A DNA stretch of 64,000 bases from an uncultured Acidimicrobiales bacterium (GTDB lineage: Bacteria; Actinomycetota; Acidimicrobiia; Acidimicrobiales; CAVXTF01): contig CAVXTF010000002.1 of assembly GCA_963764615.1 (NCBI GenBank), positions 1,107,002 through 1,171,001 of the forward strand, in the 5' to 3' direction. Position 1 is the stretch's first letter; each line of letters begins with the position of its first letter. A model generated the notes under the pieces. That model saw only the letters and a list, made by a program, of their open reading frames with translations, made no database searches and was not told the origin of the DNA. The position numbers and the translations under genes were made by a program. This document shows, piece after piece, positions 21,977 through 32,700 of the stretch.

Positions 21977-22864
21977 TCAGCGGAACAGGTCCTCCGACGG
22001 GGGACGAATGATCTCTGACGCAACCGACGATCGACGTGCCCATGCCGGATCTGTCCCGCGGACGACCGCCACAGGAACGCCCCGGTCCTTTCCCATCACG
22101 AGTTCCGCAGCGGAAGCGATCTCGTCCGCGATGCACAACTCTGTCGCGACCAGCTCGCGCCCGTTGGCGTCGAGACTCCCACGCAGGTCGAGAACGGCCG
22201 CTACGCCGTCGCAGCCGATTGCAACGTCGACGACCCCGCGCCGCCACGGCCGGCCGAACGTGTCGGAGATGATCACCGCCACCTGCGCGCCGGTGAGCGA
22301 GATCAACCGGTCACGAAGACGCCGCGCGGAGCGGTCGGGGTCGACCGGGAGGAGAGCTGCCGTCCCTTGCGGCACGTTCGACAGGTCGACACCCGCGTTC
22401 GCGCAGACGAACCCCTGGCGGGTCTCGGAGATGACGAGGTCCCCGCGACGACGCAGTACCCTCACCGACTCGCTCGCGACAAGTTCTTCCTTGGCTCCCG
22501 GCTGGTCGGGATCGATCAGGACCATGCGGCCTTCGGCCTTGGAGACGATCTTCTGGGTCACGACCACCACGTCGCCGTTGCAGAGGGTCACCGCACCCGC
22601 GATCATCCCGGCGACGTCGTCTGCTCGGTTGACCTCGCCGATCCCGTGCACCGGCAGGACGAACACTCCCCCCGCGACGGGAGGAAATGCGCCGGAGGCC
22701 CCCGCTGCACGGTGCTCAGCCTCAGACGGCGTCGCGACACGGTGCTCCGCCGAAGGCGGCGTCGCGGCAAGGTGCTCAGCCTCAGACGGCGTCGCGGCAA
22801 GGTGCTCAGCCTCAGACGGCGTCGCGGGAAGGAGATCCGCCGAAGGCGGGTCCTCAGGGATCAC
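21977..22864 (-). CDS. cofE: Coenzyme F420-0:L-glutamate ligase, stand-alone, with repetitive N-terminal extension
   Basis: KIVSKAEGR, ANAGVDLSN, DTFGRPWR.G and DEIASAAELVMGK. Confidence 0.92.
   Translation of the reverse strand: MIPEDPPSADLLPATPSEAEHLAATPSEAEHLAATPPSAEHRVATPSEAEHRAAGASGAFPPVAGGVFVLPVHGIGEVNRADDVAGMIAGAVTLCNGDVVVVTQKIVSKAEGRMVLIDPDQPGAKEELVASESVRVLRRRGDLVISETRQGFVCANAGVDLSNVPQGTAALLPVDPDRSARRLRDRLISLTGAQVAVIISDTFGRPWRRGVVDVAIGCDGVAAVLDLRGSLDANGRELVATELCIADEIASAAELVMGKDRGVPVAVVRGTDPAWARRSSVASEIIRPPSEDLFR
22706..22850. repeat. 30-bp tandem repeat in the cofE 5' end, encoding (ATPSEAEHLA)n
   Basis: ggtgctcagcctcagacggcgtcgcggcaa-like unit, about 4.5 copies. Confidence 0.88.
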
Positions 22865-23789
22865 GTCTGCGCGCCTCTTCGAGCACGGTGTTCGCGAGGT
22901 CGGCGGTTCGCTCGCGATCGGACATGACAGTTCGGGTCACCACGCACCGCATGCCTTCTTCTTCGACGGCGGCTGCCGACTGCGCGTCGGCCTCGTCGAT
23001 GATCAAAGTGGCGGCGAGCTCCCGGTAGATGCGGGCCACGCCGACGACGCTCGGTTCGTGGCCGAGCTCGTGCATCAAGCGGTCGGCCGGGCCCTTCAAT
23101 GCCGCGCCCGCGACGATGGGGGAGACCGCCACGGTCTCGGCGCGACGGGAACGGGCAGCATCTGCGATCCCGGCGACGGCAAGCAAGGGGCCGATCGACA
23201 GAATCGGATTGGAAGGGCAGATGATCAGTGCCTCGGCACCCCAGATCGCGTCGAGGACCCCCGGTGCGGGCTTCGCCGCCTCCGCGCCTTCGAAGCGGAC
23301 ACCGCTCACAGCAACCGCGTGGCGCAGCCTGACGAAGTAGTCCTGGAAGGCAACCTCGGGCCCGTCGGTCAGCTGCATTCGTGTTCTCACGGGATCGTCG
23401 GACATCGGCACGAGCCGCGCCGACACTCGGAACGCCAGACAGAGCTCGCGAGTGACATCGCTCAAGGTCGCGCCTTCGGACAGGCGCCCGCTGCGGTAGA
23501 GGTGCGTGGCGAGATCGTGGTCTCCGAGGCGCATCCAGGTGTCGCCACCCAGCTCCTCGAGCGCATCCATGACGACCCAGGTCTCGTCCGACAGCCCCCA
23601 CCCGCGCTCGTCGTCGGACCTGCCTGACAACGTGTAGGTGACCGTGTCGAGATCCGGGCTTATGTGGAGCCCGTGCATGATCGTGTCGTCGCCCGTGTTC
23701 ACGATCACAGTCAGATCGTCGCCGAGCACCGGGACCAATCCGCGCAGGAGCTTGGCCGCGCCGACCCCTCCTGCGAGTGCGGTGATCAC
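22854..23789 (-). CDS. cofD: 2-phospho-L-lactate/PEP transferase
   Basis: LAGGVGAA, NTGDD, SPDLDTV.YTL, LGD.DLATH and PSNP.LSI. GTG 23789 has TAGCGT 8 nt upstream. Confidence 0.93.
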   Translation of the reverse strand: MITALAGGVGAAKLLRGLVPVLGDDLTVIVNTGDDTIMHGLHISPDLDTVTYTLSGRSDDERGWGLSDETWVVMDALEELGGDTWMRLGDHDLATHLYRSGRLSEGATLSDVTRELCLAFRVSARLVPMSDDPVRTRMQLTDGPEVAFQDYFVRLRHAVAVSGVRFEGAEAAKPAPGVLDAIWGAEALIICPSNPILSIGPLLAVAGIADAARSRRAETVAVSPIVAGAALKGPADRLMHELGHEPSVVGVARIYRELAATLIIDEADAQSAAAVEEEGMRCVVTRTVMSDRERTADLANTVLEEARRRDP

Positions 23790-23818
23790 GGCGCGAGACG
23801 CTAGTTGCAGGCGCTGAG

Positions 23819-25039
23819 TTGCAGGTGCTGCGCTCCGAGCCACCTGCACCCACGCGGCCTTGTGCAAGGCTCCAGCCGGTGAGGCACCAGGCGAACGGCG
23901 ATCCTCTAGTCGTCGCGCTCGATGCGACACCGCTTCTCGGAGTGCCGACCGGGGTCGGGGTCTTCTGCCGCGAGGCGATAGGCGCCCTGTCCGCCGCGGG
24001 CGAGCTCCAGGTCGAGGCGTTCGCCATCAGCTGGCGGCGCAGGCACATGCTCGCATCGCGCGTTCCCGAAGGCGTGCGGACCGTGGGGCGCGCGATGCCG
24101 GCGCGGCCCCTGCATCTCGCGTGGCGCCATTCAGACCTGCCGCCTGTCGAGTGGTTTCTCGGACGGTGCGACGTGGTGCACGGGACCAACTTCGTCGTGC
24201 CTCCCACCCGTAGGGCCGCGAGCGTCGTCACCGTGCATGACCTGACCATCTTGCGGTTTCCCGAAATGTGCGACGCGCCCACGCTCCGGTTCCCGGCACT
24301 CGTCCGCCGAGCGGTGGCCGGCGGAGCATGGGTGCACACACCGTCTCAGTACGTCGCCCGCGAGGTTGTGGCCGAGCTTGGCGTCGACCCAGACCGGGTG
24401 AGAGCGGTCCATCACGGCACGCCTACGTTGGGGTCGGCTCCGGCGGCGGAACAGTCATGTTCTCCGCTCCCACCACCCGGAGTGCTACCGGGGGACACGA
24501 CCCGCTATGTGCTCGCCATCGGCACCGCAGAGCCACGGAAGGACCTGCCGTCACTCGTCAGAGCGTTCGGCTCCGTCGCGGCCGCGCACCGTGATGTGGC
24601 GCTCGTCCTGGCCGGGCCACAGGGGTGGGGGAGCGCGGCGCTCGCGGATTCGATCGCGCGATCGCCTTTCAGCTCGCGCATCGTCGTCACGGGGTTTGTA
24701 CCCGACCTCGGGCGTCTTCTTCGCGGAGCGGCCGTTCTTGCGTACCCGTCTTTGTACGAGGGTTTCGGTCTGCCGACCCTCGAGGCTATGGCCGCGGGAA
24801 CTGCGGTTGTCACTACAACGGCGGGGGCGCTCCCTGAGGTGGTAGGCGATGCTGCGTTGCTCGTCCCACCCGGCGACTCGGATGCGCTCGGCGCAGCACT
24901 CGAACGGTTGCTCAGCGACGAGTCCGAGCGCCTCGGGCTGGTCGAGCGCGGGCACAAGCGTGCGAGCATGTTCACTTGGGAGGCTTGTGCGGAGGGCTTG
25001 ACCGACCTTTACAAGGAAGCGGCAGGGGGACGCCGGTGA
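23819..25039 (+). CDS. GT4 glycosyltransferase (start may be 23879)
   Basis: VTVHDL, GTAEPRK and YPSLYEGFGLPTLEAMA. Confidence 0.9.
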   Translation: MQVLRSEPPAPTRPCARLQPVRHQANGDPLVVALDATPLLGVPTGVGVFCREAIGALSAAGELQVEAFAISWRRRHMLASRVPEGVRTVGRAMPARPLHLAWRHSDLPPVEWFLGRCDVVHGTNFVVPPTRRAASVVTVHDLTILRFPEMCDAPTLRFPALVRRAVAGGAWVHTPSQYVAREVVAELGVDPDRVRAVHHGTPTLGSAPAAEQSCSPLPPPGVLPGDTTRYVLAIGTAEPRKDLPSLVRAFGSVAAAHRDVALVLAGPQGWGSAALADSIARSPFSSRIVVTGFVPDLGRLLRGAAVLAYPSLYEGFGLPTLEAMAAGTAVVTTTAGALPEVVGDAALLVPPGDSDALGAALERLLSDESERLGLVERGHKRASMFTWEACAEGLTDLYKEAAGGRR

Positions 25040-26163
25040 ACGGGGCCAGGTCCGAAAAGGTGCTGGTCATCGTCGAACAGCTACGCCGCCGGGTTCCCGG
25101 TGGCGCCGGGACCTACGTGTCGGGCGTGCTCACAGGCCTCGGTCACATGGCCGATGCCGGCATTCCTGTTCCGCAGGTCTCACTACTAGCGAGCAGGCCC
25201 CGGGCGGCGATCGACCCACGTGCGGATCCCATTGCGAGCACTGGTCTGCCCCTCATCGAGTCGCACCTTCCGGGACCGCTCATGACGCGTGCGTGGGAGG
25301 CGGGCCTGCTGCGCGCGCCGCGGGGCTTCGGGGTCGTGCACGCCTCCTCTCTCGCCGTTCCGCGGGCAACCGGCGCAGCGACCGTCGTTACGGTCCACGA
25401 CCTCGCATGGCGGCACGTGCCCTTCGCTTTTCCGCGTCATGGAGTCGAGTGGCACGAGCGTGGCTTCCGTCGTGCGCTTTCCTCGGGCTGTCATTTCGTC
25501 GTCCCGTCCGAGCCGATTGCCGGCGAGGTCCGCGATGCGGGAGCGGGCGAGAGCAGGGTCACGGTGATCGAACCGGGTGTGGACCACCTGCCTCAACCCG
25601 ACATGGCCGCAGCCGGAGAGCTCTTGGAGCGGCTCGGGGTGCGCGGCGGGTTCATCATGTCGGTCGGAACGCTCGAGCCGCGCAAGAACCTCGAGATGCT
25701 CGTCGCGGCCTACTCCGACATCCGGGACTCGCTACCGGACAGATGGCCTCTGGTGATCGTCGGCCCTCAGGGCTGGGGCGCGGGTCCGACATCGCGAGAA
25801 GGTGTGGAGTTTGCCGGGCACGTAAGCCCCGGAATCCTCTCTGCCCTTTATGCGAAGGCAGAGCTCCTGGCCTATGTGCCACTGGCGGAAGGATTCGGAC
25901 TTCCACCGCTCGAAGCCATGTTCTGCGGAACTCCGGTTGTGGCGAGCCCCGTGCCCTCGGTCGGGAGCGCGGCACTCGTGGTGAACCCGGACGACAGGGG
26001 TGCGATCGCACAGGCGCTGCTCACCGTCTCGACCGACGCCGCCGTGCGCGAGCAGCTCGTGAAAGAAGGCAGGGCCCGAGCCGAGAATCTTACCTGGGAA
26101 AGGTGCGCTTCACAGCACGTGGAGCTCTGGCGGGCGCTCGTACGCCGTTCGCGACGTGGCTGA
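25036..26163 (+). CDS. GT4 glycosyltransferase
   Basis: VTVHDL, GTLEPRKN and EGFGLPPLEAM; GTGA overlap with the upstream gene. Confidence 0.9.
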   Translation: MNGARSEKVLVIVEQLRRRVPGGAGTYVSGVLTGLGHMADAGIPVPQVSLLASRPRAAIDPRADPIASTGLPLIESHLPGPLMTRAWEAGLLRAPRGFGVVHASSLAVPRATGAATVVTVHDLAWRHVPFAFPRHGVEWHERGFRRALSSGCHFVVPSEPIAGEVRDAGAGESRVTVIEPGVDHLPQPDMAAAGELLERLGVRGGFIMSVGTLEPRKNLEMLVAAYSDIRDSLPDRWPLVIVGPQGWGAGPTSREGVEFAGHVSPGILSALYAKAELLAYVPLAEGFGLPPLEAMFCGTPVVASPVPSVGSAALVVNPDDRGAIAQALLTVSTDAAVREQLVKEGRARAENLTWERCASQHVELWRALVRRSRRG

Positions 26164-27358
26164 CATTGCTGATATGGCTGACGTTGCTGAACCACCGCAG
26201 GGTGCCACGGGACGTCTGCGGCTTTCGTTCGACGCGACCGCAGTCCCTCCCCGACCAGTCGGCGCGGGTAGGTACACCGTCGACCTCGCCCGCGCCCTCG
26301 GGACAATTGGGCGACGTCGAGACGAGCATCTGGTGCAGAAAAGGCGACGCAACCCGGATCGGCGCGGCGACCGGTGGCATGTCGCGCACGATCTCTGCGG
26401 CCCCGCGCCCGCGCGCCGCGCGACTGGTGTGGGAGCAGGCGGTGCTACCTCGTCTGGTCGCGAAACTCGGTGCGGACATCCACCACGCGCCCCACTACAC
26501 GATGCCCGAGCGGTGCCGGATCCCTGTGGTGGTGACGATCCACGACCTGACCTTCTTAGACCATCCGGAATGGCACGAAAGGAGCAAGGTCCTGCTGTTC
26601 AGGCGTGCGATCAGGGTCGCCGCCAAGAAGGCGCAGGTGCTGATCTGCGTGAGTGAGTCGACCGCGCAACGACTCCGCGAGCACATGAAACCCCACGGGA
26701 GCGTCGTAGTGGTTCCGCACGGGGTCGACCGCGAGCGCTTCAGGCCACCTGAAGCCCTGGAAGCTGAAGCTGACGAGGCGGTGCTCCGTCGAGCAGGAGT
26801 GCGCCGTCCCTACGTGCTCTTCGTGGGAACGCAGGAGCCACGAAAGGCGGTCCCGGATCTGGTCGGGGCATTCGACCGGGTAGCGACGTCGCACGACGAC
26901 CTGTCGCTGGTCATCGCTGGCGGGCGCGGCTGGGGAGCGGCCGCAGTAGACGCGGCCGTGTCGGCGGCAAGACACCGAGAACGTGTCTTGAGGACCGGCT
27001 ACGTGGATGACGAGACGGTCGCCGTCCTGATGCGCTGCGCCCGAGCGGTCGCGTATCCCGCGCTCGAAGAGGGCTTCGGTCTGCCTGCCCTCGAAGCGCT
27101 CGCATGCGGGACGCCTCTGGTAACGACTTCGGGCTCGGCGATGTCCGAGCTGGCGGGCGGCGCAGCACTGCTCGTGGCACCACGAGACCAGAGCGCCCTC
27201 GCCGCCGCGATCGACGAAGCCGTGAGAAGAGGGCCCGAGATCGAGTCCCGGATCTCGGAGGGCCTGGTCATTGCGGCGTCCCACACATGGGAGCGTTCCG
27301 CCGCGGGCACCTCGACGCTTACAGGCTGGCGGTGCAGGCGGGCCGAACCAGGCCGTAG
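26156..27358 (+). CDS. GT4 glycosyltransferase; frameshifts near 26300 and 27310
   Basis: FDATAVP..PVGAGRY, then VTIHDL, GTQEPRK and EEGFGLPALEA, then HLDAYRLA, spread over different frames. Confidence 0.85.
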
Positions 27359-27492
27359 GGCAGACGTCGGTCGCCGGCCCCGGGGTCGAGGGCCGTAGAT
27401 CGGCGTCCCGTGGTCAAAGGCCGTGGATCCGCGCTGAGGACCGGTAGGCCGGCTGAGGGCCCCTAGGCCGGCTGAAGGTAAGGTGCGCCGTT

Positions 27493-28389
27493 GTGCGAGC
27501 CTTCGTAACCGGGGCCGGAGGGTTCGTGGGCTCCTGGCTCGTCGCTCACCTTCGCGAACAGGGTGACGACGTGGTGCCCACCGACAGCGAGATCGACGTC
27601 ACAGATCTCGCAGCTCTACGCGACGCTGTCGTCGCCGCGCAGCCCGACGCCGTCTACCACCTCGCGGCCCTTACCCACGTGGGCAGGTCCTACGACGACC
27701 CCGAGGCGGTGCTCAGGGTGAACGCAGTCGGGACGCTGTCCGTGCTCGAGGCCGCGCGAGCCTGCGCGAAAGAGCCGATGGTGCTGGTGGTCAGCTCCGC
27801 CGAGGTGTACGGAGCGGTGGACGAGAAGGATCTGCCGCTGCGCGAGGAATCTCCCCTTGCTCCGGTCAGCCCGTACGCTGCGAGCAAGATCGCCGCCGAA
27901 TACCTGGCGATCCAAGCGCATCTGGCATACGGGCTCGCCACGGTCAGGGTCCGTCCCTTCAACCACGTGGGACCGGGCCAGTCGACGAACTTCGCCGTGC
28001 CCGCCCTCGCCGCGCGGATCATCGCCGCAAAGCGCAGCGGAGCGACCTGGATCCCCGTCGGCAATCTCGCAGCCAAGAGGGACCTGACTGACGTTCGCGA
28101 CGTGGTTCGCGCCTACCGGATGCTCGTGGTCGACGGCACCCCAGGAGGCGTCTACAACGTCTGCTCCAACAGGTCGATCGGGATCGACGATGTTGCCAAC
28201 CGATTGCTCGAACTCGCGGACGCCGACCTGGAGTTGCGTCCCGACCCGTCGCTCGTGAGGCCTGTCGACGTGCCGGTGCTCCTTGGCGACTCGAGCAAGC
28301 TCGAGAAGGAGACCGGATGGCGACCTGAGATCGAGCTCAGTAAGACTCTCGAGGACGTGCTGTCCGAGGCCGATCGCAGTTCAGGCTGA
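27493..28389 (+). CDS. GDP-mannose 4,6-dehydratase / GDP-6-deoxy-4-keto-mannose reductase (Rmd-like)
   Basis: TGAGGFVG, SSAEVYG, SPYAASK, RPFNHVGPGQ and GNL..KRD.TDVRDVVRAY. Confidence 0.85.
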   Translation: MRAFVTGAGGFVGSWLVAHLREQGDDVVPTDSEIDVTDLAALRDAVVAAQPDAVYHLAALTHVGRSYDDPEAVLRVNAVGTLSVLEAARACAKEPMVLVVSSAEVYGAVDEKDLPLREESPLAPVSPYAASKIAAEYLAIQAHLAYGLATVRVRPFNHVGPGQSTNFAVPALAARIIAAKRSGATWIPVGNLAAKRDLTDVRDVVRAYRMLVVDGTPGGVYNVCSNRSIGIDDVANRLLELADADLELRPDPSLVRPVDVPVLLGDSSKLEKETGWRPEIELSKTLEDVLSEADRSSG

Positions 28390-28483
28390 ATCGGCCCGCC
28401 CGGGCCGTTCGGCCCGCGATGATGCCGTGCAAGAGTCGCACTGCCGCGCCGCGTAGCGGTGCGACAGTGCGATCCAGCTGGGC

Positions 28484-28849
28484 TCAGGCGGCAGAGGCCA
28501 GGAAGTGGCGGATCTGCTGGCGGACATCGCGTGCCTGGATGCGAGCCTGCCTGACGAAATCCCTTGCGGGCTCGGGCAGACGCTCCTCTACCGGGATCAT
28601 CGAAGACTCGAGGCTCTCGAAAACCTGCTCGACGCGACCGTCGATGTCCTTAAAGCGGCGACCGATCTCACCCCGTACGTCGCCCAGTCGCTCCTCGAGC
28701 CCTCCGCGCGGCCCTTGCAGCGCTTTCATCAGCTCGTTGCGGCGCACCTGGGCACGCTGGACAGCCAGCACACCGAGGCCTACCGCCACATATGCGGCGT
28801 CGCGTGCGGCACCTACAAGATCCTCTGTCACACCTTTGATCTCGCTCAT
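28484..28849 (-). CDS. Small helical hypothetical protein
   Basis: 121 aa; RBS-like GGAGAG/GAAAGG upstream; YVAVGLGVLAVQ followed by coiled-coil-like sequence. Confidence 0.7.
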   Translation of the reverse strand: MSEIKGVTEDLVGAARDAAYVAVGLGVLAVQRAQVRRNELMKALQGPRGGLEERLGDVRGEIGRRFKDIDGRVEQVFESLESSMIPVEERLPEPARDFVRQARIQARDVRQQIRHFLASAA

Positions 28850-28944
28850 CTCTCCAACCTTTCGTGCCCCTCAGGGCAATCAATAAGAGGCCGGCACCCG
28901 GGCTCACCGGACCCTGCCTTTCTTGCTAACTATGGTACACCGCT

Positions 28945-28960
28945 TTGCAAACTTTTGCAA
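28945..28960. promoter_or_regulatory. Palindromic operator candidate
   Basis: TTGCAAA-CT-TTTGCAA, a perfect inverted repeat in an AT-rich divergent intergenic region. Confidence 0.45.
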
Positions 28961-29124
28961 GCACTCCGGGTGGTCTCAACCTGAAGCAACTCTGAAAGTC
29001 CCAAAGAACGAGGGGTTGAGGAGGCATAGGTGGGTAGACATTAAACGTATAAATTATCGTGTGCGCAGTGAGAGAACATCTTGGGCGTTTCGCATTTCGT
29101 GACTGGATCAGTGGGGTTCGGACG

Positions 29125-29505
29125 GTGAACGAGACCGAGGTGCTCCAGGCATACTGCGAGGCCTGGAACGAAGATGACAGGTCAAGGCGCGAGGAGTTGC
29201 TGGAAAGATCGATGACCGATTCAGCGTCTTTCGTTGGCCCGCTGGGCGCGCACGTGGGGCGCGACGCCGTGGGGAACCTCATTGGAAGGTTCCGTCGGCG
29301 CTCGCCCGACTCGTCGTTCATCATCTCGAGCGGCGTGGATGCTCACCACGGCATGATGAGGTTCAAATGGGAGGTGAGGGCCCCCGACGGCAGCGTCGTC
29401 AAGTCGGGGTTCAAGTTCGCCGAGCAGGCGGAGGACGGCAGGCTCTCACGGGTCGTGGGGTTCGTGGGGCCCGTTCCTGCGCTCGGTGAGGACGCGCACG
29501 CCTGA
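29125..29505 (+). CDS. SnoaL/NTF2-like protein
   Basis: Y.EAWNE.D...R..LL, VDAHHG..RF.W and DGRL.RVVGF. Confidence 0.8.
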   Translation: MNETEVLQAYCEAWNEDDRSRREELLERSMTDSASFVGPLGAHVGRDAVGNLIGRFRRRSPDSSFIISSGVDAHHGMMRFKWEVRAPDGSVVKSGFKFAEQAEDGRLSRVVGFVGPVPALGEDAHA

Positions 29506-29513
29506 CTCGGGGC

Positions 29514-29700
29514 GGCTTTCCGGGCTGCCGTAAACGGCTTCCGGGCTGCCGTAAATGGCTTTCCGGGCTCCTAACCGGCCCTCCGGCGGCGTGGTCCTAG
29601 ATTTCCGGCGGCGTGGGCTTAGATTCCCGGCGGCGTGGCCGTGGGTTTCCGGCGGCCGTGACGTCCGGCGGCCGTGACGTCCGGATCCGGCGGTGATCCG
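29514..29700. repeat. Intergenic degenerate tandem-repeat array, 16-22 bp units with a TCCGG core
   Basis: ggcttccgggctgccgtaaa x~3, tccggcggcgtggNNNtagatt x~3 and tccggcggccgtgacg x2. Confidence 0.8.
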
Positions 29701-29771
29701 AGGCTGGTGCAGCCCTTTCACGCGCAATTCCCAGGGGCTCCGTTGGCGGGTTGGCTAGCCTCGATACCCTC

Positions 29772-32700
29772 ATGGAGACCCTCGCTCCACCGGTCGTCGT
29801 CGTGGTGGTGACGCACGACCCCGGCCCGTGGTTCGAGACGACACTCGAAGCCATCGGCGGGCAGGACTACCCCGAGGTCTCGGTGCTCGTGCTGGACGCC
29901 GCCAGCGGCGAGGACCCCACCGGCAGGGTCGCAGCAGCTCTTCCCGATGCGTTTGTGCGCAGGCTCGAGGCGAACGAGGGCTTCGGTGCCACAGCCAACG
30001 CCGCCATATCGATGGTCGAAGGCGCCGACTTCCTGGTGTTCTCCCATGACGACGTCGCACCGGAGCCCGACGCCCTCAGGCACATGGTCGAAGAGGCTTA
30101 CAGGTCGAACGCAGGAGTCGTCGGTCCGAAACTCGTCGAGTGGGACAGGCCCGACCGTCTTTTGCATGTCGGAGTCGAGGTGGACAAGAGCGGCGCGGTG
30201 GCGGACCGCGTTGAAAGAGGCGAGGTCGACCAGGCCCAGCACGACGCAGTCCGAGATGTGTTTTCGACCCCCGGCGGGTTCACCCTTGTGCGGAGGGATC
30301 TCTTTGTGGAGCTCGGGGGGTTCGACCCGCATCTGGTCGTAATGGGGGAGGACCTGGACCTGTGTTGGCGCGCCCAGATCGCAGGAGCGAGGGTGATCGT
30401 GGCCCCCGACGCCCGGGTCCGGCATCTCGAGCTTCTGGCGTCCGGCCGACGGGAGAACCCGACCTCTACGGAGCCCGCCGGAGATTCTCGCGAGCGCTCG
30501 GTCAGCCTGCAGGAGCTGCAGAGAAGAGGGGAGCTTCACGCAGCTCTGAAGGCTTACGGGCCGGCTCACCGGGTCCGGGTGATACCGCAGATCGCCGTGC
30601 TCGCCGCAGCCGAGATCCTCGTGTTCGTGGTCACCGGCCGCCGGTCGAGGGCCAGCGCGGTCGCGGGTGCATGGAGGTGGAACTTCAGACTGCGATCTGC
30701 GATCCGCCGTGAGCGGACCGGGGTACAGGCTTATAGGCGTGTGAGCGACACCGACGTGCGTCGGCTCCAGATGAGCGGAAGCGACCGGGTCCGCAGGTAC
30801 CTGAGGCGCTCTTTGAACCAGGGTCTCGCCGCCGCACACATCGGACCGGATGCCGTCGTCGCGGAATCCCACCGGATCGCCGCCTTCAGGCGACCGTCCG
30901 CGCGGATGGTGGCGTGGACGGCGCTCCTTCTGGTGGTGGTCTTCGGCGCAAGGACGCTTCTGACCGACGGACTGCCTGTAGTGGGCCAGCTATTGCGCGT
31001 GCCGCCGCCGGGCTCTCTCATGGCGCAGTTCGCTGACGGGCAACAAGTCTTCGGAGCTCACACAGCTGACACCACGACGCCGGCCACGTTGCTGATCGCG
31101 ATCGTCGGGTACTTGCTGTTCGGGTCCGTCGGTCTGCTACAGACCGTGCTCGTCCTTGGCTGCCTGCCGGTAGGGGCCTTCGGCGTGGCCCGGCTCTGCC
31201 GGAACTTTGCGAGCCCGTGGGCGCCACTCGTCGGCGCGGCGACGTACCTCGCGGTCCCTTTGCCTTACGACGACATCGCGACCGGCCGGTTGGACGCTCT
31301 TTTCGCATACGCGGCGATCCCGTGGCTGATGCTCGGCCTCGCCCGGGCCTCCGAGCTGAGGCCTTTCGAACCCCGCGCTCACGCGCCTGGCACTGCCGGG
31401 GTGTCAGGTGCGGGACCTTTGAGCAGGTTCGGACGCCCGATCCGGCGGACACTGCTGATCGGTGCCGTCCTAGCTCTTCTGCTCGCCTTCGACCCCTCGG
31501 GAGGCCTCGTCTTTGCGTTGCTCGGCGCCGGTCTCGCCCTCGGCATCCTGATCACAGCGGGCGACGGGGTGAACAGGGCAGCAATTCGCGTTGCGCTGAC
31601 GGCGATCGGTGCGCTTGCAATGTCGATATTGCTTCTCGCGCCTTGGTCCATCTCGGTGCTGACAGGCACTTCGCCCGCCGTCTTACTTGCAGGAACCCGT
31701 CCGGGAGCGGGAGCGTCATTCGGCTGGGGAGACCTGCTGCGTCTCTCCCCTGGGCCGATCGGGATGACGGCCCTAGTGTTCGGCCTGCTCGCGGCCGCCG
31801 CTCTCCCACTATTGATCGGTCGGAGCTGGCGGCTCGGCTGGTCGGGGCGGGCGTGGATCTGCGCGCTGGTGGCTTGGTTTTTCGCGCTGGCCGTCGAGCG
31901 CGGTTGGACCGGCTCATTCGCCGTGCTACCGGGCGAGTACCTGCCGATCGCTGCATGCGGCATCGCCATGAGCGCGGCGCTCGGAGTATCTGCCTTCCGG
32001 GCAGATCTTCCAGGATCGCGGTTCGGATGGAGACAGATCGCACTCGTTGTTGCTGCGGCCGGCGCAGTTCTGGGCGCACTGCCTGTCATCGCAGCGACAG
32101 CGGGGGGACGCTTCGACCTTCCACCTAGCGGCTTCAATCAGGCGCTGTCTTGGATGTCATCGGGATCGCCCGCGAACGGCCCAGGAGTTCTGTGGCTCGG
32201 CGACAGTGCTGTCGTTCCCGGTAAAGCGTGGCCGCTCGCGGCCGGCCTCGGGTACTTGGTTCTTCCCGGCGTGCCGGATCTGACTTCCCTCTGGCAGCGG
32301 GGTCCGACGGCGGGGGACACACAGGTCGCTCGCGACGTGAAGCTCGCGTGGTCGGGCAGGACGGTCGAGCTCGGTCATCTGATCGCGCTGAACTCAGTCA
32401 AGTACGTGGTGGTGGTCGGAGCCCTTGCACCCGACATCCCCGGCCTGCAAGAGCCGACCGCCAGCCCTCCGCCCGAATCGTTGGTTTCCGCCCTCGACGC
32501 GCAGTCTGACCTTCGCCAACTTCCGACCGAAGGTGGGTACGACATCTACATCAACCCCGAATACGCGCCCTCGCCGGTCGGTAGAGCCGTTGCAGCACCC
32601 GGCGCAAACGGGTTCGAGGTCGCAGGAGAGCTCGTCTTCTGGGTGGTGTTCGCCGCGCTAATCGTCGCTCTCGGGCCCCGTCGCCCCGGTAGGAGGGTGC

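Noticed and set aside
29514-29700. Possible CRISPR array
   Set aside because: Units are contiguous and degenerate with no unique spacers, and there are no cas genes in the window.
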